Made by a program: the position numbers and the translations under genes
Shown: positions 52,714 through 63,448 of the stretch, piece by piece
Layout of the letters: every line of letters starts with the position of its first letter
Numbering within the stretch: the first letter of the stretch is position 1
Notes under the pieces: generated by a model
What the model saw: only the letters and a program-made list of their open reading frames with translations
The model's database searches: none
Told to the model about the DNA's origin: nothing
DNA from: Blastomonas sp.
GTDB taxonomy: Bacteria; Pseudomonadota; Alphaproteobacteria; Sphingomonadales; Sphingomonadaceae
Assembly: GCA_041396885.1 (NCBI GenBank)
Contig: JAWKXS010000006.1
Span: 60,655 to 124,654, forward strand
Direction of reading: 5' to 3'
DNA: 64,000 bases

Positions 52714-55062
52714 TTATTGAGCCAGAGTCACTTTCACGTGACTTATCTTTCCTGAAAAAATTCCCCATTCGTTCGCATAGGCGGTCACCGGAACACCGGT
52801 ATCGCGGCCGATATCGAGCGTTTCGCCAATCCCGGCCATGGCGCTGGCGGTGCGCTCGATACGGCCTTCCGCGAGCAACCGGTCACCGGCAAAAATCTGC
52901 ATTGTTCCGCCGGTTCCGGGGGCAGCGCGGTCTGCTGCAAAGACAAAGCGCAGGCTGTGTTGGCCGGGTTCCAGCACCTGTGTCGCCCGGACAGCATATT
53001 CCTCACCCTTGCGCTGCGAATAGGCGTGGACAGCTGCCGGGCGTCCGCCTTCGAGCAGAAAGGCCCATCCGCCAAACTTGCTGCCGTTTGCAAGGATCGC
53101 TCCCGACGCCGCCACCGGCAAATCAATCTCAGCAGTCAGCTCGAAGGAACGACCGGCCAGAACAGGTGCGGCGGACTGGCTGACGCTGGTATCCGCACCC
53201 CAATATTCAAATACCGAACGGGAAACCATATATGGCGGCCGCGGTTGCCCACGGGTCCGGTTGTAGCTGAACCGGTCGTCAAGCGGGAAAACGCCATTTT
53301 GCTTCGCTTCCCTGGCAAAAATTTCCTGCATCTCTCTGAGCTTTTCCGGATATCGGGACGCCAGATCGACCGACTGGCTGAAGTCCTGATCGAGATTATA
53401 GAGTTCCCAGTCGGGCTGGCTCTCCGGCGCGTCGAACTCCCATGGCATTCTTCCGGTCCAGCGTCCGGCAAACCACCCCTCGGAATAAATTCCGACCGAA
53501 CCGGAGATTTCATAATATTGGGTGCGCGGCGCATTCGGGCTGCCGGGTGAAAAGGACGGGAGCAGGCTGATACCGGCATAGGGAATCTGGTCGACGCCAT
53601 AGACCTTTTCGGGGCGAGGCAATCCTGCCGCATCGAGAATGGTCGGGGCAATATCGATCAGATGGGCATATTGGTTGCGGATTGCGCCGCCGTCCTGGAT
53701 GCGCTCCGGCCATGAAACAACCATGGCGTTGCGGACGCCTCCGACATGGGATGCGAACTGCTTGACCCATTGAAACGGCGAATTCATCGCCCAGGCCCAT
53801 CCCAGCGGATAATTCTGATAGCTATCGGGACCGCCCATGGCATCGCGCTGTTCCGTCAGCGTTTCTTCCGTATCGTCCACACCGCTGATCAGGGCACCAA
53901 GCTCATTGCTCGTTCCGACTGGTCCGGCCTCTCCGCTTGCGCCATTATCTCCCTCGATGAAGATGACCAGCGTATTGTCGAGCTCTCCCATCCGCTGCAG
54001 TTCGTCCAGCAGTCGCCCGAACTGATAGTCCTGAAAGGCCAGCTGCGCCGCGGCAACCTCCATCATGTGCGCCGCGTTCTTTTGCTGATCCGATGAAAGG
54101 CTGTCCCATGCCGGTATTTCGGCGGGTCGCGGCGTAAGGCTCGTGCCTTGGGGAATGATTCCCGAAGCCAGCTGCCGCTTGTAGATCTCCTCGCGCTGAA
54201 CGTCCCAGCCCTGATCAAACCTGCCCGCAAACCGGGCGATCCAGTCCGCAGGAGCGTGATGGGGGGCATGCAGCGTGCCGGGCGCAAGATATATCATGAA
54301 CGGCTTGTCGGGCGCAGCGGCCTTCTGATTGTGAATCCAGCCGATCGCATCCTCGATCAGGCGCTGGTCCAGCATTTCGCCCTGACGCTCCGTATCAGGA
54401 ACCCGGCTTGTTTCCCGGAACAGGCGGGGTAGGAACTGGTGGACGTCACCGCCGATAAAGCCGTAGAAATAGTCGAAACCAATGCCAGTGGGCCATTGGC
54501 CGAACGGACCTGCTGCCGACTGTTGCCAGGGCGGCAGGTCATGATGCTTGCCAAACATTGCCGTACTGTAGCCGTTCAGCTGCAACACCCGTGCAATCGT
54601 TGCGGCAGAACCTGGCCAGCGGGCATTATAGCCAGGAAAGCCCTGCGGCGTATCCGTCAGATTTCCGGTGCCAACCTGATGGGCATTGCGGCCCGTCAGC
54701 AGAGCCGCCCGGCTTGGTGAACAAATCGCGGTGGTATTGAACCTGTTGAAGCGCAGTCCGGTTTCAGCCAGCCGGTCCAAATTTGGAGTCGGAATCGGCC
54801 CTCCAAATGCGCTGGTCGTTGCAAAGCCGACATCGTCCGTCATGACCAGCAGGATGTTTGGCGCTTCTGATGGAGCCGAAAGCGACGGAGACCAATCGGC
54901 ACGCGACGATGTAATGTCGGGCGCCAGAGCGCCTTCAAAAGGCGCGTCCGGCAAGGGTAGCACCGTCCGGTCCTGGGCAAAGCCTGTGGCTGCACAGGAC
55001 ACGGCCGCCATTGCAGCGATCACCACAGCATTTCGAAGCGTCCGCCCCAAGAAATCCTCCAC
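52714..55062 (-). CDS. Arylsulfatase-family sulfatase, Cys-type, with a long C-terminal extension
   Basis: Motifs are VMTDDVGF and the formylglycine motif CSPSRAALLTGR. It is 782 aa and lies 16 nt upstream of the receptor gene. Confidence 0.85.
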   Translation of the reverse strand: MEDFLGRTLRNAVVIAAMAAVSCAATGFAQDRTVLPLPDAPFEGALAPDITSSRADWSPSLSAPSEAPNILLVMTDDVGFATTSAFGGPIPTPNLDRLAETGLRFNRFNTTAICSPSRAALLTGRNAHQVGTGNLTDTPQGFPGYNARWPGSAATIARVLQLNGYSTAMFGKHHDLPPWQQSAAGPFGQWPTGIGFDYFYGFIGGDVHQFLPRLFRETSRVPDTERQGEMLDQRLIEDAIGWIHNQKAAAPDKPFMIYLAPGTLHAPHHAPADWIARFAGRFDQGWDVQREEIYKRQLASGIIPQGTSLTPRPAEIPAWDSLSSDQQKNAAHMMEVAAAQLAFQDYQFGRLLDELQRMGELDNTLVIFIEGDNGASGEAGPVGTSNELGALISGVDDTEETLTEQRDAMGGPDSYQNYPLGWAWAMNSPFQWVKQFASHVGGVRNAMVVSWPERIQDGGAIRNQYAHLIDIAPTILDAAGLPRPEKVYGVDQIPYAGISLLPSFSPGSPNAPRTQYYEISGSVGIYSEGWFAGRWTGRMPWEFDAPESQPDWELYNLDQDFSQSVDLASRYPEKLREMQEIFAREAKQNGVFPLDDRFSYNRTRGQPRPPYMVSRSVFEYWGADTSVSQSAAPVLAGRSFELTAEIDLPVAASGAILANGSKFGGWAFLLEGGRPAAVHAYSQRKGEEYAVRATQVLEPGQHSLRFVFAADRAAPGTGGTMQIFAGDRLLAEGRIERTASAMAGIGETLDIGRDTGVPVTAYANEWGIFSGKISHVKVTLAQ

Positions 55063-55106
55063 CCAATCGACGATCCAGCCGTCCAGTTGTATAACTAACT
55101 ACACTA

Positions 55107-55121
55107 CCTTAAATTTTAAGG
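55107..55121. promoter_or_regulatory. Palindrome CCTTAAA-T-TTTAAGG, candidate TetR operator
   Basis: It has perfect 7-bp arms and lies in the 121-bp divergent sulfatase/tetR intergenic region. Confidence 0.35.
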
Positions 55122-55183
55122 CAAGTGACTTCACGGGCTTGCCCGGAAGGCGGCAAACCTGCTAGTTCCGCGAGAAACTTGAG

Positions 55184-55807
55184 GTGGACATGGCATCCAG
55201 AGCGAATTTTCGAGGTACGGCGGAAGACTTGATCAATGCAGCCGAGAGACTTTTTGCCGAGTCTGATTCGGAACCTTCGTTGCGCGAAATTGGCCAGGCA
55301 GCGGGGTCGGCGAACAAGAACGCCATCCAGTATCATTTCGGTGATCGGCGCGGCCTTATCGATGCAGTTTTCAAAAGCCGATTACCGCTGGTCGAGAGCC
55401 ATCGCGTCCGATTGCTGATGGAGGCAACGCCCAATGGCGAAAATCTTGATCTGCGCCAGCTGCTGGAGATCCTGTTCCGCCCTATCGCCGAGCTGAAAAG
55501 CGCAGACGGCAAGAGACTATTCGCAGGATTTCTGAGGAAAACTGCGGACCTCCGCCGTGATGGCGAGCTCTCGCGCGATATCACGCCGATGACGATCTAC
55601 ATCGTGCATCTCATCTACGCGAATATCGAAATTTCGGATCGAGCGATCTGTCAGCAACGCATATTGGCCTGTACGCGATTTTTCCTTCAGGCGCTGAGCA
55701 ATTTTGACAGCGGCAATTCGGTTTTTTCGGAAGAGCAGACCATTGAAGAGGCATTGAACCAATGTGCCGCGATACTGGTCACGCCGCTGCCGTCAGGCAT
55801 AAGCTGA
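55184..55807 (+). CDS. TetR-family transcriptional regulator
   Basis: The N-terminal HTH is SLREIGQAAGSANKNAIQYHFGDRRGL. Confidence 0.85.
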   Translation: MDMASRANFRGTAEDLINAAERLFAESDSEPSLREIGQAAGSANKNAIQYHFGDRRGLIDAVFKSRLPLVESHRVRLLMEATPNGENLDLRQLLEILFRPIAELKSADGKRLFAGFLRKTADLRRDGELSRDITPMTIYIVHLIYANIEISDRAICQQRILACTRFFLQALSNFDSGNSVFSEEQTIEEALNQCAAILVTPLPSGIS

Positions 55808-55950
55808 CCAGCTCAACTGCAAGGCCAGCTTGCCAAGAGCTCCGGAACTGCTTTCTGCCAAACCAGCACCGGTGTATGAGCTCGAAAGGCTGGACGATTA
55901 CCGTGAACCGGGTGTGCATATTATTTTATGGATCCAGCCGGATTTCCACT

Positions 55951-57102
55951 TCAAATATGCAACGCCCTTCCCAGTCCCTTGAGCGCCGCTTCCTGCAATG
56001 TTTCGCCGAGTGTAGGATGTGCGTGAATCGTGTCGGCGATATCGGTCAGCGTCGCGGCCATCTCGATTGCAAGGACGAACTGTGCCGCCATTTCCGAAAC
56101 GCCCTGGCCGACCGCCTGAATGCCGAGCACGAGATCGTTTGAAGGGTCGGAAACGATACGGATCAGGCCATCGCTGCGCTCCATTGTCATCGACCGGCCA
56201 TTAGCGGCAAAGGGAAAGACACTGGACTTCGCGCCCTCCGCCTCGGACGGCAGCTTGCCGACGACGACGATTTCCGGGTCCGTAAAACAAACAGCGGGGA
56301 TCGCGTGCTTGTCCCAAGCCTTGGCCTGACCCGCAACGACCTCGGCCACCAGGCTGCCCTGCGCCATCGCGCGGTGGGCAAGCATAGGATCGCCCGTCAC
56401 ATCCCCAATCGCATAAACCCCATGCATGGATGTGGCGCAACGCTGGTCAATGGCGATATGCGCACCGTTCATCGTGAGGCCTAACGTTTCCAGCCCGAAG
56501 CCCTGCGTGACCGGTTTGCGTCCCACGGTGACGAGGATGAAATCCGCCGGGATATCTATTGCCCCGTCGATTGTCTCGACAGCCAGCGACTTCCCGTCCT
56601 TGCTCAAGCCCCGGGCCTTGGCGGAAATGTGGACGGCGATGCCAAGCTTGGCAATGCGGGCGCTCACCGGTGCGGTCAGCTCCGCATCATATTGTGGCAG
56701 GATACGCTCGGCTGCCTCTACCACCGTCACGTTCGCGCCGAGTTTGGCCATCGCCGTGCCTATTTCAAGACCGATATAGCCACCGCCGACGACCGCCAGT
56801 GCTTTCGGCACCTGCCGCAGGGCAAGTGCATGGGTGGAACTGATGACCTTGCCGCCAAAGGGCAGGAACGGCAGCTCGAAGGGAACAGAGCCCGTTGCGA
56901 TCACCAGATTTTCCGTACGGATGCGCACCGGCCCGTCCGCCGTCTCAACATCGACAGTCTTGCCATCGACGACGGTCGCCTTGCCCTGCATTGTGCGAGT
57001 CCGGGCCTTCCTGAGCAAGCCGGAGACGCCGCCGGTCAGGCGTTTTACGACGCCATCCTTCCAATCAACTGTCCTACCAAGGTCAATCGCGGGCTTCGCT
57101 AC
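55951..57102 (-). pseudogene. lpdA: Dihydrolipoyl dehydrogenase, C-terminal ~383 codons, split from its 5' part by an IS
   Basis: Motifs are AVVGGGYIGLEIG and HAHPTLGE. Reading across the IS after removing one CTAC copy restores ...DLGISVAKPAIDLG... Confidence 0.85.
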
Positions 57103-57165
57103 TGATCTGCCCCCTTCTGAGTGGCCCAATTTTTATTTTAGGAATGGCCACGAAGGAGGAATGGA

Positions 57166-57441
57166 ATGGCAAGGAAGCACAGGCCGGAAGATATCATTGG
57201 CAAGCTGCGTGAGGCGGAGATCGTTCTGGCGCAGGGCGGGACGGTTGCAGATGCATGCCGGCGGATCGGAGTTACCGAACAGAGTTATTATCGCTGGCGC
57301 AAGGAGTACGGCGGCTTGAAGATGGATCAGGCTCGACGGATGAAAGAGCTGGAAAAGGAAAATACACGGCTGCGTCGGGCCGTGTCTGATCTGATGCTAG
57401 ACAAGTTGATCCTGCAGGAAGCTGCCAAGGGAAACTTCTGA
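57166..57441 (+). CDS. IS3-family transposase OrfA
   Basis: It has an HTH (VADACRRIGVTEQSYYRWRKEY) and a leucine-zipper-like end. Confidence 0.9.
   Translation: MARKHRPEDIIGKLREAEIVLAQGGTVADACRRIGVTEQSYYRWRKEYGGLKMDQARRMKELEKENTRLRRAVSDLMLDKLILQEAAKGNF
57429..57435 (+). promoter_or_regulatory. Programmed -1 frameshift heptamer G_GGA_AAC
   Basis: It fits X_XXY_YYZ in the orfA frame. The orfB frame is open from 57390. The hairpin CCTGCG-cgc-CGCAGG lies 8 nt downstream (57444-57458). Confidence 0.6.
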
Positions 57442-57482
57442 GCCCTGCGCGCCGCAGGCGCTGTATCGATCATATAAGGGAC

Positions 57483-59330
<1,848 letters not shown>

Positions 59331-59364
59331 TGACCGGCCCCCACCGAGTGGTCCGTGTTGTTTG

Positions 59365-60216
59365 TTAGTGCATAATTGCCTCCGACGCCATGGCTGCCCG
59401 TAGGTGGAGCGAAGCGGAACCGGAGGGCAGCCATGGTGGTGTCGCTGCTTCCGGGGCCGGTGGTCGGTAGCCAAGTGAGCTGTGCGGTCTGATGGTGTTG
59501 TAATGCCGCCGCCAGGCTTCGATCAGGATCTGAGCCTCGGCCAGGGTGTAAAAGATCTCCCCGTTCAAGAGTTCGTCTCGCATCGAGCCGTTGAAGGACT
59601 CGCAGTAGCCATTCTCCCAAGGGCTGCCGGGTGTAATGTAGAGCGTCTTCACACCGATCTTCGCCAGCCATTGCTGCACGGCGTTGGCGATAAACTCAGG
59701 GCCGTTGTCTGACCGTATATGTGCCGGCGGCCCACGGGTGACGAACAGTTCAGCCAGCGCTGACAGCACATCCTCGCTACGCAGTCGTCGCGCAACTGGT
59801 AGGGCCAGGCACTCCCTGCTGGCTTCATCGATGATCGACAGGATACGGAACTTGCGACCATCGTGCGTCCGCCCCTCGACAAAGTCGTAGGACCATACGT
59901 GCCCCGGATACTCTGGTCGCAGTCGGATGCATGATCCGTCATTGAGCCAAAGCCGAGAGCGTTTGGACTGCTTGTGCGGCACCTTGAGCCCTTCACGGCG
60001 CCAGATGCGTTCTACCCGCTTGCGGTTCACATGCCAGCCGGCATCCCGCAGCAGGGCGGTCACCCGGCGATAGCCGTAGCGACCATATTGTCTGGTCAGG
60101 GCGATGATGTCTTCAGTGAGTGCGGCTTCGTCATCTGCCCCACGCGGCGTCTTGCGCTGTGTCGATCTATGTTGCCCAAGCACACGGCAGACCCGCCGCT
60201 CGGACACTGGCATCAT
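59365..60216 (-). CDS. IS3-family transposase OrfB, copy 2
   Basis: Its 283-aa translation is identical to copy 1. Confidence 0.9.
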   Translation of the reverse strand: MMPVSERRVCRVLGQHRSTQRKTPRGADDEAALTEDIIALTRQYGRYGYRRVTALLRDAGWHVNRKRVERIWRREGLKVPHKQSKRSRLWLNDGSCIRLRPEYPGHVWSYDFVEGRTHDGRKFRILSIIDEASRECLALPVARRLRSEDVLSALAELFVTRGPPAHIRSDNGPEFIANAVQQWLAKIGVKTLYITPGSPWENGYCESFNGSMRDELLNGEIFYTLAEAQILIEAWRRHYNTIRPHSSLGYRPPAPEAATPPWLPSGSASLHLRAAMASEAIMH

Positions 60217-60257
60217 GTCCCTTATATGATCGATACAGCGCCTGCGGCGCGCAGGGC

Positions 60258-60533
60258 TCAGAAGTTTCCCTTGGCAGCTTCCTGCAGGATCAACTTGTCT
60301 AGCATCAGATCAGACACGGCCCGACGCAGCCGTGTATTTTCCTTTTCCAGCTCTTTCATCCGTCGAGCCTGATCCATCTTCAAGCCGCCGTACTCCTTGC
60401 GCCAGCGATAATAACTCTGTTCGGTAACTCCGATCCGCCGGCATGCATCTGCAACCGTCCCGCCCTGCGCCAGAACGATCTCCGCCTCACGCAGCTTGCC
60501 AATGATATCTTCCGGCCTGTGCTTCCTTGCCAT
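60258..60533 (-). CDS. IS3-family transposase OrfA, copy 2
   Basis: Its 91-aa translation is identical to copy 1. The slippery heptamer maps to 60264-60270. Confidence 0.9.
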   Translation of the reverse strand: MARKHRPEDIIGKLREAEIVLAQGGTVADACRRIGVTEQSYYRWRKEYGGLKMDQARRMKELEKENTRLRRAVSDLMLDKLILQEAAKGNF

Positions 60534-60665
60534 TCCATTCCTCCTTCGTGGCCATTCCTAAAATAAAAATTGGGCCACTCAGAAGGGGGCAGATCATTGC
60601 CTTGCACAGCGCTTTGGTGAGGGTGGCCAGCCTCAGGCACAAAACGAAAGCCCGGCCACCATCTC

Positions 60666-61055
60666 CTAATCGTCTTGCGGCATGTTCTGGTGAGCCGCCA
60701 TCTGCTCCATCATGTCGTGCATCATCATCATGCGCTGGTGACAGGCCGCCATCATATCGGCGTTGTCCCCCTGCATCATGCCCGTCATGTGTTCCTGCAT
60801 CGCTGTGCGGTGCTCGGCCATAAGCCTTTGGCGTTCGGCAGGATCGCTCGCCGCGTGGGCCTGCTGCATCAGCGCGCGCATTTCTGCCATCTTCTCGCGA
60901 TGGGCCGCCATAGCGTCGGAATCCTGCATCATGTGGCCAGCGTGATCCTGCTGCTGTGCCGCAGCTTGAGCTCCGTGGTCATGCTGTTGCTGGGCCATCG
61001 CCGGAGTGGCTGTCAGGCCAGTGGCGAGTATGAGAGCTAGAACTGTCCGTTTCAT
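60666..61055 (-). CDS. Met/His-rich periplasmic protein, probably metal-binding (PcoE/SilE-like composition)
   Basis: It has the signal peptide MKRTVLALILATGLTATPAMA followed by many MxxH and HxxM motifs. I trimmed the start to MKRTV. Confidence 0.55.
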   Translation of the reverse strand: MKRTVLALILATGLTATPAMAQQQHDHGAQAAAQQQDHAGHMMQDSDAMAAHREKMAEMRALMQQAHAASDPAERQRLMAEHRTAMQEHMTGMMQGDNADMMAACHQRMMMMHDMMEQMAAHQNMPQDD

Positions 61056-61233
61056 AATCGATTTCCTTTCGTCGGTCATGCGATGGGTGCTGTGCGCATT
61101 CATTCTCTTTACGCAGCCGGTAGCTCCTCCCCTCAAACAATTACCGCGCCCACCGGAGACGGCTGAGCCGATCGCACAGCCGGTTGCAGGAATGGTGTTT
61201 TTCGGTCACCCTTTTTGACCGAAGCCTGTAGAG

Positions 61234-61569
61234 ATGAATGGGACAGATCATGGTGACAACAGAGCCGTCGGAGAAGCAGTCGTGAGCACGGTCAATGAGA
61301 ACGGCAGCTGGGATATCCCGGAGCCCGATCATGCCGAACTGGTGCAAATGCGCATTCGCCTCATAACTCTCGAGAACATAGTTCTCGGCCTTTTGTCCGG
61401 GGCGAGCGATGAACAGATCGAACAGATCAGGAAACGAGCGGACATGATCGAACCGCGCCCTGAGGCGAGCCGACATCCGCTTACCGAACTGGCAGCAGGT
61501 GACATGCGGAAATTTCTCGAACGCGCTGCTCGCATGGCCAAGACCGAGAGCCGCGAAGACCGTGACTGA
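61234..61569 (+). CDS. Hypothetical protein
   Basis: Its codon pattern looks more coding than the overlapping 178-aa minus-strand ORF. No motif is recognised. Confidence 0.35.
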   Translation: MNGTDHGDNRAVGEAVVSTVNENGSWDIPEPDHAELVQMRIRLITLENIVLGLLSGASDEQIEQIRKRADMIEPRPEASRHPLTELAAGDMRKFLERAARMAKTESREDRD

Positions 61570-61662
61570 TTCACGCTTCGGGGCGGCAAGGACTCTGTCC
61601 GGGACCTGGAAATCCGGACGATCGCTATTTGCTTGCGCAGATTTTTCGGGCGTACCTGCAGC

Positions 61663-62103
61663 ATGACCAGAACCCATTGGCTGATCTTTTTTTGTGGAAG
61701 CCTGATCGCGTTCGTCTGGGAGATTTTCCAGATGCCGTTTTTCAAGCCGGGAAATCTCGAGCCTTATGAGCAGACCATTCGCTGCGGCATTGCAAGCCTG
61801 GGCGATGGCGTGATCCTGCTGACAGCGTATAGCCTTGCAGCATTGCGCGGCGGGCGCGCGTGGCCCTGGCAGTCAGACAAACTACCCTATGCGATCTATT
61901 TCGGCTTCGGGCTTGTCGTCGCGATCGCCGTCGAAATGATCGCCACATCGCTTCCGGCAAACAGTTTCCTGAGCTGGCGCTACAGCGAGTTGATGCCGCA
62001 CGAGCCAGTGACGGGACTGGCGCTGATCCCGATCGCGATGTGGACGATCGTGCCGGCGCTAACGATCCTTCTGGTCCGCTTTGCCCGAGCCGAACCTGAT
62101 TAA
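61663..62103 (+). CDS. Hypothetical membrane protein with about 4 TM segments
   Basis: Hydrophobic segments are present. I trimmed the start to MTRTHWLIFF. Confidence 0.45.
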   Translation: MTRTHWLIFFCGSLIAFVWEIFQMPFFKPGNLEPYEQTIRCGIASLGDGVILLTAYSLAALRGGRAWPWQSDKLPYAIYFGFGLVVAIAVEMIATSLPANSFLSWRYSELMPHEPVTGLALIPIAMWTIVPALTILLVRFARAEPD

Positions 62104-62116
62104 ACTGGGAGCGGCT

Positions 62117-62851
62117 TTAGGGGGCATTCGGCACATGTTTCGCCCGCCGCCTGATCCAAGGGAACCGGTTGGCAAGCAAGACAAAGCCCGAAACCGCGAT
62201 GATTGTCCCGCCGATCCCGAACAACAGCAGCCACCAGCTGTTGATCCGGTCGCGCTGCGTCCAGTCCATAATATGCAGCCCCCAGACAAAGTCGAACAAG
62301 CGCCAGGTGTCGCTGCGGGCAGCGAGCACCGAGCCGCTGGATGCATCGATGTAGACGCGGGTATTATCCTCATCGCCGTAAGTGATCTGCCACGCCGGGA
62401 GCGGACCACGGAATTCGGTCCCGACAGCGTCTTCGATGAGGCGTGTGGTCGCTACGGTGGTCGGTGGCCCGGTCCAGGCACGTCGGGCGATGGCCCGTGC
62501 GCTCGCGGCGGGAAGGGGCGAGAGGAGCATGCCGCTATCCGGGTCGCGGAGCGTGACGCTTCCATCGTCCCGGCGGACCTCGGTTACGGCCCTGCCGGCG
62601 ACCGCGCGCGTCGCAAGGGAAACCACCCCCTCTCTGCTATCGAGCCATTCTGGCATGACAGCATCGGCGGGCAGAACCTCCGGCGCGCGCGAAACGACAT
62701 GTTCGGACCGAACCTCTTCGATGTCGAGGAACGACATCAGCGCCCCGGTGATCATCCACAGTAGCACCTGGACGCCGACAAAGACTGCCAGCCATTTGTG
62801 AAGCTTGCTGCCCAGCACATGAAGACGCAGCTTGAAAGAGCGTGTCGCCAA
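62117..62851 (-). CDS. PepSY-associated transmembrane protein
   Basis: It has terminal TM helices (KLHKWLAVFVGVQVLLWMITG and WWLLLFGIGGTIIAVSGFVLL). Between them is a PepSY-like periplasmic segment. Confidence 0.6.
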   Translation of the reverse strand: MATRSFKLRLHVLGSKLHKWLAVFVGVQVLLWMITGALMSFLDIEEVRSEHVVSRAPEVLPADAVMPEWLDSREGVVSLATRAVAGRAVTEVRRDDGSVTLRDPDSGMLLSPLPAASARAIARRAWTGPPTTVATTRLIEDAVGTEFRGPLPAWQITYGDEDNTRVYIDASSGSVLAARSDTWRLFDFVWGLHIMDWTQRDRINSWWLLLFGIGGTIIAVSGFVLLANRFPWIRRRAKHVPNAP

Positions 62852-62871
62852 TCGGTGTTCCCCCGATCAGA

Positions 62872-63432
62872 TCAGTTATTACGCGGTGCGCGTGACGATG
62901 AATGGTACTGAACGATCTTCCAGCCATCTGCATCATGGGCGAGGACCGAGGTCGCAACCCCTTCGCGGTCGATTACGCGGCCGTCGGCCAGTTCGATCCG
63001 ATAGGTGTAAGTTTCGCGGCCATAAGCCATATGTCCCATCCGGGTGACTGCGAGCGTCGGTTCGCCGAAGGTGAAGCTGGTTATTGCATCGAGTTCCGGT
63101 CCCAGGTGATGCTCCATGTAATACGTGAAGCTGCCTTCCGCCTTGCCGTTTTCGTAAACGAAGGATTCCTCGGCAAACAGCGCGGCCATGGCCTCTGCAT
63201 CGCGCGACGTCAGGGCATCGCGATACGATGTCAGGACCGCTACGGCTCCGGCCACGTCATCGTTCATCGCAGCCATATGCTCAGCGTGGTTCATGCCCTG
63301 CTCCGTATGGTCCATCTGCGTCGAAGCCGTAGGGTCCGAGTGCGCGGAATGATCCATGGATTGTGCCAGGGCGGGAGTGCCGCCTGCAGCCAAGGCCAGG
63401 GCGACCGCGCTTAGAGATAGTCTTATCCTCAT
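62872..63432 (-). CDS. Secreted SnoaL/NTF2-like (DUF4440-type) protein with a His/Met-rich N-terminal stretch
   Basis: It has a signal peptide, MDHSAHSDPTASTQMDHTEQGMNHAEHM, then an NTF2-like core. Confidence 0.55.
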   Translation of the reverse strand: MRIRLSLSAVALALAAGGTPALAQSMDHSAHSDPTASTQMDHTEQGMNHAEHMAAMNDDVAGAVAVLTSYRDALTSRDAEAMAALFAEESFVYENGKAEGSFTYYMEHHLGPELDAITSFTFGEPTLAVTRMGHMAYGRETYTYRIELADGRVIDREGVATSVLAHDADGWKIVQYHSSSRAPRNN

Positions 63433-63448
63433 TGGATATTTCCTTCCT

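Larger units (their letters stand above)
59331..60596 (-). mobile_element. IS3-family insertion sequence, copy 2, inverted and apparently identical to copy 1
   Basis: It has the same ends, and every ORF from copy 1 recurs with an identical translation. The flanks are GCAC and TTGC, so there is no target duplication. Confidence 0.9.

Noticed and set aside
61141-61677. A 178-aa minus-strand ORF overlapping the 61234-61569 plus-strand ORF.
   Set aside because: Its translation looks non-protein-like, being rich in Arg, Ser and Cys with no motif. It would also overlap the start of the next membrane-protein gene. The plus-strand ORF is preferred, with low confidence.
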